A stretch of DNA of 64,000 nucleotides, taken from assembly GCA_937915225.1 (NCBI GenBank), contig CALDNO010000002.1, forward strand, positions 75,911 through 139,910, read 5' to 3'. This DNA comes from an uncultured Candidatus Saccharibacteria bacterium (GTDB lineage Bacteria; Patescibacteriota; Saccharimonadia; Saccharimonadales; Saccharimonadaceae). This document shows, piece by piece, positions 51,432-60,734 of this stretch. The position numbers and the translations under genes were made by a program. Below the pieces are notes generated by a model. The model was not told where the DNA came from, searched no databases, and saw only the letters and a list, made by a program, of their open reading frames with translations. How positions within the stretch are numbered: the first letter of the stretch is position 1; every line of letters starts with the position of its first letter.

Positions 51432-53456
51432 ATGAATCTAGACAAAGAAAAGCTTACGAAGAAGATAGTGGATACCATAAAACCAGATGAAATAATTTAT
51501 GCCGAATACTCTAGTGGCGGTGCGATGGGAAATTGTGGGTCAAGCAGAATTTATGCTCTCAAAGATGATAGCTTGCATTATTACTACGCGAGTGTCTCCT
51601 CAAAAGAAAAAAGCCAAGAAGAAGCATATAGTATGGCTAGGGATTTACTGTTTGGGCTTGCTGATAAAAATATCTTAGATAAAACATATGGCGGATTTGG
51701 GAACATAGCTTTTAAAAAGAAAGATATAACTTTTGATCGTAACGATGATAAGTGCTCATTTGTTTATGATAAGTATCTAATAGAGGCGTCGGTTCCTGGT
51801 GTATACAATAACGTTGCAAGAGCTTTTGCAAAAAAGAAGATAACCGAAGAAGTAATGGATTCGTGGAATAATCCCGATAATTACTCTGCACTGTTAGTAG
51901 ATGAAAGAATGCTCCTAAATAACTACGCTGAATATTATGAAAAAGACCGGCTCGAAATAACGCTATCTAATTACATTGACGCAATTGATGAAATTCGACA
52001 CCTCAATCATTTAGACACAAACTTTGCAACATTCGAGCAAATATCAAGCGGGAGAGATGCGATTGCAAAGTATCGACTACGCTATCTATTGGAAAAACTA
52101 GGTAAGAACAATACTGAGGGTATTTTCTATAATTTTGACATCAAAAAAGCAAAATCAGGCGATTTATTCGCCAGCATAAGCAAAAAGTTAGGTGAAGATA
52201 TTTCTGAAAAATTTACAAAGTACGAAGTTATCAAAACCAATAACTCGAATACGGACGAACTTAGCGGCAATATAGAACAATTATTTAGGTATCCAGTAGT
52301 CGTAGATTTTTCGGATGAGGCTCATAAAACGATAAGTGAAGATATTGCAAAGATAAATTCTTCTGACTTGAGAGCGAGAGGATCCATAGGTTATTATCTG
52401 GCGAGTTGTCATTATACACTAGGCAAGCTTCCTCTGCAAAAAGTCTTACCAACAGCATTACAAGTACTGAGAAAAATGCCAAAAGACGACTTCAATTACA
52501 CAAACACAGACCAGACGTACTACGCGGCCTCTTGGCTTGTAGACAGAGCATGGAGTGCTATTACGGAGGGAGAAGATGATTATAGTATTCGTTTCGGAAA
52601 TATAATCTACAATAATATTTGGCCACAGATAGATGGAGTGTGGCCAATAAAGCATTATGGCGAGTATAAATTAACAGGGACATTGAGTGAGGGAGAAAAT
52701 GATGCCGGTACTTATATCTTCGAGCGGGCACTCAGCTTTATTTTAGCTCTAGATAATCTAGACGAACTGAATCCAGAACTATATAATTTCTTAAAGAAAG
52801 ATGGTTGGTCACCAAGCATTGATATACGTAGAAAAAAATTCCTCTTAAATGTAGCTAATCTTGAAGATAAGAACATTTTCAAACAGCTTCGGGAATACAT
52901 GAAAAAGGCACATCCAATGGACATAGAGGATAATCTTAATGATCTTGGATTATATTTTCCCACCACGATAAGACGTGCTGATTTTCTTATAGATGCGCTC
53001 CTGGATGAGCAGGATGAGTTATTCTCCTACACAAGAGATACTATGTGGATCAAGTTGCTTTCAACGGTCCATTATAAAGGCATTGGGAAACATATACTGC
53101 AAAGGACGGTTGATAATTTCGAGAAAATAGTAGAGCTTCTCGGAGAGAGGCGAATCGTAGATGCGTATTTTGCCGCATGCACTGGTGCAGATGAAGAAGA
53201 TGAGGTCGTTTTACTCAAAGAATTCAAAGAAAAGTTGCAAAGTATTGAGACTAAAAAAGATGAAAATTCAGAACTTATTGAGAGAAATATAAAGGTGCTG
53301 GAATCTACATTTACAGCCGCCAAAAAACATATAGAAGAAACTGCGTTCCAAAGAAAAGAGTTGAGAACCTGGCTAGACAAGGAATATCCAAATTTGATAA
53401 AGATAGAATCTTCCGAAAACGATTCTGATTTATACATAACAAGGACAACAACGTAA
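51432..53456 (+). CDS. Large hypothetical protein
   Basis: Long AT-rich ORF; AAGGAG SD before ATG 51432. Confidence 0.8.
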   Translation: MNLDKEKLTKKIVDTIKPDEIIYAEYSSGGAMGNCGSSRIYALKDDSLHYYYASVSSKEKSQEEAYSMARDLLFGLADKNILDKTYGGFGNIAFKKKDITFDRNDDKCSFVYDKYLIEASVPGVYNNVARAFAKKKITEEVMDSWNNPDNYSALLVDERMLLNNYAEYYEKDRLEITLSNYIDAIDEIRHLNHLDTNFATFEQISSGRDAIAKYRLRYLLEKLGKNNTEGIFYNFDIKKAKSGDLFASISKKLGEDISEKFTKYEVIKTNNSNTDELSGNIEQLFRYPVVVDFSDEAHKTISEDIAKINSSDLRARGSIGYYLASCHYTLGKLPLQKVLPTALQVLRKMPKDDFNYTNTDQTYYAASWLVDRAWSAITEGEDDYSIRFGNIIYNNIWPQIDGVWPIKHYGEYKLTGTLSEGENDAGTYIFERALSFILALDNLDELNPELYNFLKKDGWSPSIDIRRKKFLLNVANLEDKNIFKQLREYMKKAHPMDIEDNLNDLGLYFPTTIRRADFLIDALLDEQDELFSYTRDTMWIKLLSTVHYKGIGKHILQRTVDNFEKIVELLGERRIVDAYFAACTGADEEDEVVLLKEFKEKLQSIETKKDENSELIERNIKVLESTFTAAKKHIEETAFQRKELRTWLDKEYPNLIKIESSENDSDLYITRTTT

Positions 53457-53615
53457 TTATATTAAATATTTACTGCGATGTTGATAGCGTAATTAAAAAG
53501 TATACGTCCCAAGAAAGACATGTGAACTGGAGAAATTGGTTTAGCTCCTAATAAAAAACACCCGCTTCAAACAGTCGCAATTGACTAGTAAAACAGATGT
53601 TTCGAAATGCTATTA

Positions 53616-53691
53616 TGGAGCCACGATCGGGGCTTGAACCCGAGACCTCATCCTTACCATGGATGCGCTCTACCAACTGAGCTATCGCGGC
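53616..53691 (-). tRNA. tRNA-Thr(GGT)
   Basis: Cloverleaf, CATCC-ATGGTAA-GGATG, 3' CCA. Confidence 0.97.
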
Positions 53692-53729
53692 GTAACAGGC
53701 TTAATTTTAGCATATTAAGCCATGTTTAA

Positions 53730-54026
53730 TCAACCGGCTATGTTTTTACGAGTGGATTTCTTGGCTGGCGCGCCGGCTTCTTTTGGTAGCTTTGGCGTGA
53801 CAAATGCCTCTATTACTCCCCACGCTACGCTATTGACTAAGAACGTAACGAACAATATTCCTGAAGCTGATGCCGCCAAGTGTGCTGATGAAGCGTTAAA
53901 TAATGTCAATAATCCCGCTACAGCCAGCCCAATTATGGCTAACATAATATAAGCGTATTGTAATTTCAATCGTTGGTTTTTTTCGCTATTCCATAATGCC
54001 AGAATAGATTTTGTAAATTCAAACAT
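53730..54026 (-). CDS. Small two-TM hypothetical protein
   Basis: Two hydrophobic segments; TTGACT-N17-TATTAT promoter ending 6 nt before ATG. Confidence 0.7.
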   Translation of the reverse strand: MFEFTKSILALWNSEKNQRLKLQYAYIMLAIIGLAVAGLLTLFNASSAHLAASASGILFVTFLVNSVAWGVIEAFVTPKLPKEAGAPAKKSTRKNIAG

Positions 54027-54117
54027 ACCTATATAATAGCACATATGCTTATAAAAGTCAATATTGCTACTTTACGCTATCAAAAAGTCGCCCCAAAAGG
54101 CGACGATGATTCAAACT

Positions 54118-54202
54118 TGGTGCTGGAAGTAGGACTCGAACCTACGAAGCCTTACGGCGGGAGATTTACAGTCTCCTGTGATTGCCACTACACGATTCCA
54201 GC
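54118..54202 (-). tRNA. tRNA-Tyr(GTA)
   Basis: Cloverleaf with long variable arm, GGAGA-CTGTAAA-TCTCC, 3' CCA. Confidence 0.96.
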
Positions 54203-54208
54203 GTGATG

Positions 54209-54285
54209 TGGAGCCGCTTCTCGGGCTCGAACCGAGGACCTACGGTTTACAAAACCGTTGCTCTAGCCAACTGAGCTAAAGCGGC
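54209..54285 (-). tRNA. tRNA-Thr(TGT)
   Basis: Cloverleaf, ACGGT-TTTGTAA-ACCGT, 3' CCA. Confidence 0.97.
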
Positions 54286-54328
54286 AACTGAATTTATTTT
54301 ATCAATTTTTTTTCTCTGTGACAAGAGT

Positions 54329-55012
54329 TTACATAACTATTTTTCGCGGTTGATGTATTTTGCGCTGCTGGCGTGGGCGCGGTACGTCGGCTTTTTTTGA
54401 CGATGCCGTCGGAGTCAGCATTTTTGTAGCTTTCTTACGTAATTCTTCAGCCAGCTCAGTCTGTCCGGCGTTGTCATATGCTTCCGCTAAAATCTTCAAC
54501 GTCTGAGGAATCGGCTCTAGCTCGACAGCTTTTTCCAACGCATTGATAACTTTCTTCGTATTTCCTATCTTTTCCTGAACCTTAGCGTAGGCGATGTAGC
54601 GTGCTGCTAAATCATTTTCCATTTCTAGCGCTTGCTCGAATGCTAGCGACGCCTTTTCATAATTCTCTGTTTCATAGTAAATTAAGCCGACGTTATGAAG
54701 ACTTGAAGCGCTCGGCTCCAGACTCTGGGCAATCTCAAAACACTCGATGGCGTCTTTGTATGCGCGCTGCTTGGCGTATAAAATCCCCAAACGGTTGTAC
54801 GCCGTGGCGTTTTTCTCGTCGACTCGCAAAATTGTCAATAAAGCCTTTTCCGCTCGCAAATATTTATTCTCACGAATTGATTCCTGGGCAATTTCCCATA
54901 ACTGATCAAGTTTATTAGTAATCTTAGTTGGCAGATCGCCAGTTTCTTTGATTGACGGATGATAAAAAATCGCCCAAATCATTAAAATCAGAATGAGGAG
55001 TAATCCAAACAT
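54329..55012 (-). CDS. Membrane-anchored TPR protein
   Basis: N-terminal TM; AYNRLGILY, LHNVGLIY TPR repeats. Confidence 0.85.
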   Translation of the reverse strand: MFGLLLILILMIWAIFYHPSIKETGDLPTKITNKLDQLWEIAQESIRENKYLRAEKALLTILRVDEKNATAYNRLGILYAKQRAYKDAIECFEIAQSLEPSASSLHNVGLIYYETENYEKASLAFEQALEMENDLAARYIAYAKVQEKIGNTKKVINALEKAVELEPIPQTLKILAEAYDNAGQTELAEELRKKATKMLTPTASSKKADVPRPRQQRKIHQPRKIVM

Positions 55013-55022
55013 ATCTATACTA

Positions 55023-55832
55023 TTATATCACAAGTTGCGTCAGCGCCAGCCTGACGTTAGAGTTGGATTTTAACGCGCCCGCAACAGAGGTGGTTTTTTC
55101 AAGTTGCTCTTCAAGCGACGGATTCATTCCGTGAGATAAAGATTGAAAACGAATCATATTCACTATAATATCCGTTAGTAATATCGCTTTTTGGCGGTCA
55201 GAAAAGTATTTGGTGAGATTCTTAAACGCGTCGTATTCCTGATTCGTGGCTAAAATTTGCTTTGCGTTGGTGGCTAATTGTCGATATTCGGCGAACTTCT
55301 CTGGATTTTCCGCTAATTCTTTAATTAGCAATGGTCGCCCAGCCGCCAAAAAAAGGATTTGCTGGCTGGAAGCTGGGTCTAAATTGTACTTTTCAAGCAG
55401 TTTTTTATCTTGGGCGGATGTCGTTTTATGAAGCATCAACGTCTGACAACGAGATTTAACAGTGTCGAGCATCAACTTCGGGTTTTTCGCGACAAGGATA
55501 AAATTGGTGTTTTTATTCGGTTCTTCCAGTGCTTTCAGGAGTGCATTTTGCGACGGCTCGGTCATTAAATCGGCTTCGTCAATGATAATAACTCGACGAT
55601 TTATGGCGTAAGTTCGGAGCATAGAGATGAGCTCGCGGATTTGATCAACGGATATGGTTTGCTTTTCTGGAAGCGGTTTCAAGTGAAAAGTATCGTTATT
55701 CTTTGCTAATATTTGAGCCACGCCTAGTCCATCAAGCCCGTAATCCGCAATTACCAAAAGTGCGTGAGGCAATTGCGATGAAATCTGGCTGATTTTTTGA
55801 GAGTCTCGAGCGGATATAATCACTTCAGGCAT
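55023..55832 (-). CDS. holB: DNA polymerase III delta-prime
   Basis: ISVDQIREL, IIDEADLM, QNALLKALEEP, SRC. Confidence 0.88.
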   Translation of the reverse strand: MPEVIISARDSQKISQISSQLPHALLVIADYGLDGLGVAQILAKNNDTFHLKPLPEKQTISVDQIRELISMLRTYAINRRVIIIDEADLMTEPSQNALLKALEEPNKNTNFILVAKNPKLMLDTVKSRCQTLMLHKTTSAQDKKLLEKYNLDPASSQQILFLAAGRPLLIKELAENPEKFAEYRQLATNAKQILATNQEYDAFKNLTKYFSDRQKAILLTDIIVNMIRFQSLSHGMNPSLEEQLEKTTSVAGALKSNSNVRLALTQLVI

Positions 55833-56978
55833 CTATAAATCCTCTGGGAAGAATTTCTTGAATTCGTCAGGAATTGCGGCTTCAAAAACTTTTCTCTCAC
55901 CAGACGGCAAAATTATCTCTATTTTTTGAGCATGCAACATCATACGACAATCTGAAGACTTTCCGTAAACTCGATCGCCAAGAATCGGTGCATTCAGATG
56001 CGCCAAATGGACGCGTAATTGATGAGTTCGACCAGTGGTCGGCTTCAATTCCACAAGTGACTGAGTATCATTTTCCGCCAAAACATGGTAAGTCGTCTGA
56101 GCTGGTTTCCCGTTCGGATCTATGCGGAACGTGCTCGGCGCCGAAGGATTGCGACCAATTGGCAGATCAATTTTTGCGGCATTCAACTTTGGCTTACCAT
56201 CGGTTATCGCTACGTAAGTTTTCTTGGCGGTTCGTTCGGCAAATTGCCTCTGTAGATGCGCGGCAGATTCTGAGTTTTTGGCTATAATTAACAGCCCCGA
56301 AGTATCGCGGTCAAGCCTATGGACAATTCCCGGACGATCGGTGTCCGTCGCAAACGAAGTCTTCGGGCGAATTATTTCCGCAACCGTCGGCTCATCAGAA
56401 AGTCCACCCTTCGCGTGCGTCAATAGCCCGCTTGGCTTATTGACGACAATCACATCATCGTCCTCATATAAAATCGGCAAATCTACATCCGGCTGCTCTT
56501 TTTCTGGCAAATTAAGCGCAATCTCATCAGTTTCATCAACTTCAAATTTTGGCGTCGTCACGACTTTATTATTGACCGAAACGTATCCAGCTTTTATGTA
56601 TTTTTGCCAAAGGCTTCGAGAAATTGTCGTGTCGAATTTGGTCGATAAATAAATATCCAAGCGCACTTTGGTTGGCGAAATTCGGAACATTATGACATAT
56701 TTTCCCTGGAACGGCGTTTCGATAAATTCCGGGTCTAGCGGATTCGGCAAAATCTCGGCATTATCTGGTCTTTCTGTCCACAATTCGTCAATAGATTCTT
56801 CGTCGACAATCGAACCGTAAAGCAGCGCAAAATGCTGCTTATTCAAAATAAATTCCGCAAAAACGTGCGACTCGTCCGTTTGAATTTCCAGCCGACGCAG
56901 CGCTTTAACGGGCGTATTATCGTCCGCCAGTTTGTACAATCTAGCTATTTTCAGCACTGTCCGAGGTAATATTTTCAC
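55833..56978 (-). CDS. RluA-family pseudouridine synthase with S4 domain
   Basis: VNKPSGL, HRLDRDTSG, TGRTHQLRVH. Confidence 0.93.
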   Translation of the reverse strand: MKILPRTVLKIARLYKLADDNTPVKALRRLEIQTDESHVFAEFILNKQHFALLYGSIVDEESIDELWTERPDNAEILPNPLDPEFIETPFQGKYVIMFRISPTKVRLDIYLSTKFDTTISRSLWQKYIKAGYVSVNNKVVTTPKFEVDETDEIALNLPEKEQPDVDLPILYEDDDVIVVNKPSGLLTHAKGGLSDEPTVAEIIRPKTSFATDTDRPGIVHRLDRDTSGLLIIAKNSESAAHLQRQFAERTAKKTYVAITDGKPKLNAAKIDLPIGRNPSAPSTFRIDPNGKPAQTTYHVLAENDTQSLVELKPTTGRTHQLRVHLAHLNAPILGDRVYGKSSDCRMMLHAQKIEIILPSGERKVFEAAIPDEFKKFFPEDL

Positions 56979-56990
56979 GCGATTTGCTCC

Positions 56991-58043
56991 CTATTTTCGA
57001 AGCCCTACAGCTTTTTGAACGCGATACAAAGTTTCATTAGCGACGACATTCATGTCTTTTTCACTGGAAGCCAGCTTTTTTTCAATTGCTCGCTCATCAA
57101 CCGCCGCAAGCCGATTCTGGAAATTCTCCAAAAATTCCGCAACTTCGTCAGCTACAATTCGCTTGAAATCGCCATAACGATCCATACCGAAGTACTCGTT
57201 GGTGGTTTGCTCCAGAGTAACTTCCCTGCCAGCGTCTTGCCGAACCAGAGTCAAAATCTCCAGCAAATTAGAAATTCCCGGCTGGTTTTCCTTGTCGTAT
57301 TGAACTTTGCCAATTGAATCTGTTGTTGCACTCATTATTTTCTTATGTGCCGATTTTGGATCGTCAGAAAGGAAGATAATTCCCTTGCCGCTCTCGTCAG
57401 ATTTGCTCATTTTCTTCGCTGGATTCACGAGATCTTTAATCCTCAATCCTTGGTCTTTTCCGAAGAATTGATGTTGCTGAATTACGGGTTTTGGCACGAT
57501 AAATAGATCGCCGAACTTACGATTCATTCGCTCGGCAATATCACGAGTGAACTCCAAATGTTGGGTCTGGTCGTCGCCGACTGGCACGTAAGTCGCGCCG
57601 TAAAGTAGAATGTCGGCAGCCATCAGGACGGGATAGTTAAATAGTCCAACGGAGGCATCGCCTTTACTTCCCTTGTCCTTAAACTGTGTCATTCGACTCA
57701 TCTCGCCAAATCCAGTGAAGCAATCCAGAATCCACGCCAGTTCACTGTGCGCCGAAATACGACTTTGGCGGTAAAGATGAATGGAAGAATTGTCCAGTGG
57801 CAATCCGGCGGCGGTATAAACTCGCGCGTTGTTCAGAATGCTGTCGTATAACTTACTGTGGTCGATTGGCGTCGTAAAACTGTGAAGGTCTGGGATGAAT
57901 AGATTGATATCGTATTCGTCCGAGCGGCGTTTCGCCATGTTGATAATTGGCAAAATAGCTCCAAAGTAATTACCTATGTGGATGTTATTGTTGGCGCGCA
58001 CGCCAGTGAGAATGACGGGTTTTGATGGTTTCATTGTATTCAT
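56991..58043 (-). CDS. trpS: Tryptophan-tRNA ligase
   Basis: HIGNYFG, YPVLMAADIL, VPVGDDQ, KMSKS. Confidence 0.97.
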   Translation of the reverse strand: MNTMKPSKPVILTGVRANNNIHIGNYFGAILPIINMAKRRSDEYDINLFIPDLHSFTTPIDHSKLYDSILNNARVYTAAGLPLDNSSIHLYRQSRISAHSELAWILDCFTGFGEMSRMTQFKDKGSKGDASVGLFNYPVLMAADILLYGATYVPVGDDQTQHLEFTRDIAERMNRKFGDLFIVPKPVIQQHQFFGKDQGLRIKDLVNPAKKMSKSDESGKGIIFLSDDPKSAHKKIMSATTDSIGKVQYDKENQPGISNLLEILTLVRQDAGREVTLEQTTNEYFGMDRYGDFKRIVADEVAEFLENFQNRLAAVDERAIEKKLASSEKDMNVVANETLYRVQKAVGLRK

Positions 58044-58750
58044 TATAACATTCCTTTGGTTGTTAAGTAACGTAACAAAATGTTTATTGGGTCAATGGTG
58101 TTTGGTTTTTCGGCGAAGGCGCAGGATAATTCGGTGCAGCCTAATAATATTGGCGGACTGCTGGGGCAATTATTGATATAGTTTACTGCGTTTGCCTGTT
58201 CGGATTGGGCTGTTATTGGTATTTTATCCAGCGCTGCCTGAGATATTGTTTGCCCAGAAATTACTGCGCGAATTATCACTTCCAGCGCTTGTTCTTCGTC
58301 CTTATCTGGCGTTAATACGGTTACTCCGGCGGCTTTCAATGGCTTGTCATATAGTCCAGTGCGGATGGTCGTCGGCGACGCTAGCAGCCTAATTGTTTTA
58401 TAATGGCGGCTAACATAATCAATTGCGGCATCTACCATGGAAGTTATGCGAATATTCAGCCGCTGTTCAATATCGGGCTGCAACAAATGCGCAGTATTGC
58501 AGGCAATTATGATAGCGTCGTCCATCGACGCGTCAATATTTTTCAGCTCGTTTATGATAATTTCCAAGGCTTCGCTGCGTCGCGATTCGTTGGCGATAAA
58601 ATCAGGAACGGGCAGCGACAAATGAACTATATGTGGAAAATCCGTGCCATCCTTTGCGCCGTCTGTCAGCGCCTGCTGAATCATCCGCCGGTGTAGTTCC
58701 AAGCTTGCCTGCGGCCCCATGCCGCCGATGATAATTATTCTTTGCTTCAT
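58043..58750 (-). CDS. Aspartate/glutamate racemase family protein
   Basis: IGGMGP, ACNTAH, LGCTEL. Confidence 0.9.
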   Translation of the reverse strand: MKQRIIIIGGMGPQASLELHRRMIQQALTDGAKDGTDFPHIVHLSLPVPDFIANESRRSEALEIIINELKNIDASMDDAIIIACNTAHLLQPDIEQRLNIRITSMVDAAIDYVSRHYKTIRLLASPTTIRTGLYDKPLKAAGVTVLTPDKDEEQALEVIIRAVISGQTISQAALDKIPITAQSEQANAVNYINNCPSSPPILLGCTELSCAFAEKPNTIDPINILLRYLTTKGML

Positions 58751-58771
58751 AATTCCTCCTTTGGGTTATAT

Positions 58772-58794
58772 AAAAAAGACCGCGCGCGGCCTCT
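58772..58794 (-). terminator. Leader (attenuator) terminator upstream of racemase-trpS
   Basis: AGAGGCCG-CGCG-CGGTCTTTTTT. Confidence 0.75.
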
Positions 58795-58822
58795 AGTCAT
58801 GGTTGGCATTTTCAGAAGAAAT

Positions 58823-58900
58823 TTACGAACAATTCAACAAGCCGCGGCGAAAACGCGTGCTTTGCCAGGCGGTGCTGATGAATTGCCGTTTTATAGTCAT
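58823..58900 (-). CDS. Putative 25-aa Trp leader peptide (not in ORF track)
   Basis: MTIKRQFISTAWQSTRFRRGLLNCS; ATG 6 nt after the TATAAT of a TTGCGA-N17-TATAAT promoter (58907-58935). Confidence 0.65.
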   Translation of the reverse strand: MTIKRQFISTAWQSTRFRRGLLNCS

Positions 58901-58940
58901 GGGGTGATTATAACGCTAATTGCTAAAATTCGCAAACGTT

Positions 58941-59165
58941 CTATAAAACAGCTCGCTTGGATATGCGCCAAACCCATAAAATGATGTAAATAGATAAACC
59001 GATTGAGAATAAGAGAGACAGGACGGCCATCGGATTTGCTTTCCATAATATTGTCCATGTTGGCAGCGAAATGATAAATTCTACCATCGCCAAGAACCCG
59101 ATTTTAGTATAAATATGCAGCGATTCAGCCAGACAAACAGCGAAACCGATTACCATACCGAACAC
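58941..59165 (-). CDS. Small membrane protein or 5'-truncated remnant
   Basis: Hydrophobic; frame open upstream to a TAG near 59214 with no ATG. Confidence 0.4.
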   Translation of the reverse strand: MFGMVIGFAVCLAESLHIYTKIGFLAMVEFIISLPTWTILWKANPMAVLSLLFSIGLSIYIILWVWRISKRAVL

Positions 59166-59218
59166 AGAGGCTACGATTAGTAAAATGACATTAAGGAGCG
59201 GCGGTCTTTCTTCCTAGC

Positions 59219-59524
59219 TCAGCTTAGTTGTTGCTTTATAATCCTTAAAGATTTTTTATATGTAGACGCTATATCATTTTCTATCTTTCGTATAGCTGAT
59301 ACATCACTTTGGGATGTTGCTATGTCGTCAAAGCTGCTTGCTAAATCATCCCAGTCAATTGTTGGATAGTCAACTTTATCACAGTCAGTCAATCTCGCCA
59401 TTGCAAAGCACAATACATCAAGCGACTCGGCCGTCCCGATTTTGTCTTGTGAATCTCGGTAGAGATCAATGATTTCGCGAGCAATGATAGCCTGTTGTAT
59501 ACGGTTATTATCAGCTTTCAGCAT
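59219..59524 (-). CDS. Hypothetical protein
   Basis: 101-aa ORF overlapping the end of the upstream gene. Confidence 0.6.
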   Translation of the reverse strand: MLKADNNRIQQAIIAREIIDLYRDSQDKIGTAESLDVLCFAMARLTDCDKVDYPTIDWDDLASSFDDIATSQSDVSAIRKIENDIASTYKKSLRIIKQQLS

Positions 59525-60107
59525 CTATTAAATAATCCCTCAGCATCGCGAGCCCGTCAACTTTCTCAATTATCGTCAGATATTCCTGCCATTCTTCGTC
59601 GTTCAATTCTGCCAAACTGCGACCAGGAAAGCTCGGATGTCCATAAATATATAACAATTCCGTCCAGCCATGGAGATTATCACCGCGTGGCTCGTCAACG
59701 ATAAATCCCTCTTCGTTGGCTACGAAAATGTGGTCTTTTTCGCCGTCAAAATAGCCAACCGCAAAAGAAAAAATAGCTCGACGATCAGCCTCGCCTTTCA
59801 TCAACTTGATAATGCCGGGATAGCTAAAGCTATTCAGTAGCAATTTAACAAACGGCCCCGGAAAACCTTTCAGCGCCGGGATGAAAAAACCGCGGTCATC
59901 AACGACTAGGCGCTTGTCTGGGAAGGCTTTCTTGGCTTGAGATAATTTACTTTTTGCAATCGTCTGAATGTCAAGCCCTCGTCCTTCGTCAAAATCATAA
60001 TCAAGCTGCCTTAAATCAACACCAATCGGCTGAAGGAGCTCTTGAAGACTGGTGAATTTGCTGTGATTGGAAGTGATAAAATAAATTGGACTATTCTCTT
60101 GTTTCAT
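59511..60107 (-). CDS. Ham1/RdgB-like non-canonical NTP pyrophosphatase
   Basis: FITSNHSKF, VVDDRGFFIPALKGFPGPFVK. Confidence 0.85.
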   Translation of the reverse strand: MKQENSPIYFITSNHSKFTSLQELLQPIGVDLRQLDYDFDEGRGLDIQTIAKSKLSQAKKAFPDKRLVVDDRGFFIPALKGFPGPFVKLLLNSFSYPGIIKLMKGEADRRAIFSFAVGYFDGEKDHIFVANEEGFIVDEPRGDNLHGWTELLYIYGHPSFPGRSLAELNDEEWQEYLTIIEKVDGLAMLRDYLIDAES

Positions 60108-60113
60108 ATTGAT

Positions 60114-60170
60114 AAGTATACGCTAACTAACGTTATTTTGCAGATTTCTAATGCTCGTGTCGTGCGGAAT
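60114..60170 (-). repeat. 57-bp direct repeat, orphan copy of CYTH gene 3' end
   Basis: 52 of 57 nt identical to 60726-60782. Confidence 0.9.
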
Positions 60171-60183
60171 ATGAATGAGGAGA

Positions 60184-60705
60184 TTAGCCGCCATTTTTCC
60201 ACTGCCTGGCACGTTGCAATAACTTATCAACATAAGCTGCTTTAAGTTTTTTATACGCTGACCTGTCGTAATTTGCTTGCTTGGCATATTGATATTTTAT
60301 CTTTGAATATTGATCAGCTTCGTCATTGTGAGACCTTAGATAATCTCTAATAATTAAGAAGTTGTCGTGCGTTTCAGTATTCGCGACCGCGAGGTGAATA
60401 TGAATATCGCCCTCGCCAGTCTCTTCTTGTCGGGACGCTAGGAAGATATACCCTTGACGGGAACTTGGATTTAATGAAGGAAAATATCCAATTGCTACCA
60501 ATTTGTTCCGCAGCTCGTTCATATGTTCGCTATCTTTAGCAGAAATAAGGATATCTAGGATATTTTTACCATCCAAACCAAGTACCGCGGTACTGCCGAC
60601 ATGATGAATTTGCGAACTATCCGCAAGCACTAGCGCTAATTTATTTTTCACGCGCGTAAAGACAGCCGATATATCTTTTTTGGATCTTTTAATTTCAACC
60701 GACAT
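60184..60705 (-). CDS. GrpB-family protein
   Basis: IHHVGSTAVLGL..K.ILDI, RDYLR, Y...K. Confidence 0.88.
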   Translation of the reverse strand: MSVEIKRSKKDISAVFTRVKNKLALVLADSSQIHHVGSTAVLGLDGKNILDILISAKDSEHMNELRNKLVAIGYFPSLNPSSRQGYIFLASRQEETGEGDIHIHLAVANTETHDNFLIIRDYLRSHNDEADQYSKIKYQYAKQANYDRSAYKKLKAAYVDKLLQRARQWKNGG

Positions 60706-60734
60706 AAGGCCTCCTAAATTTAATCAAGTATACA

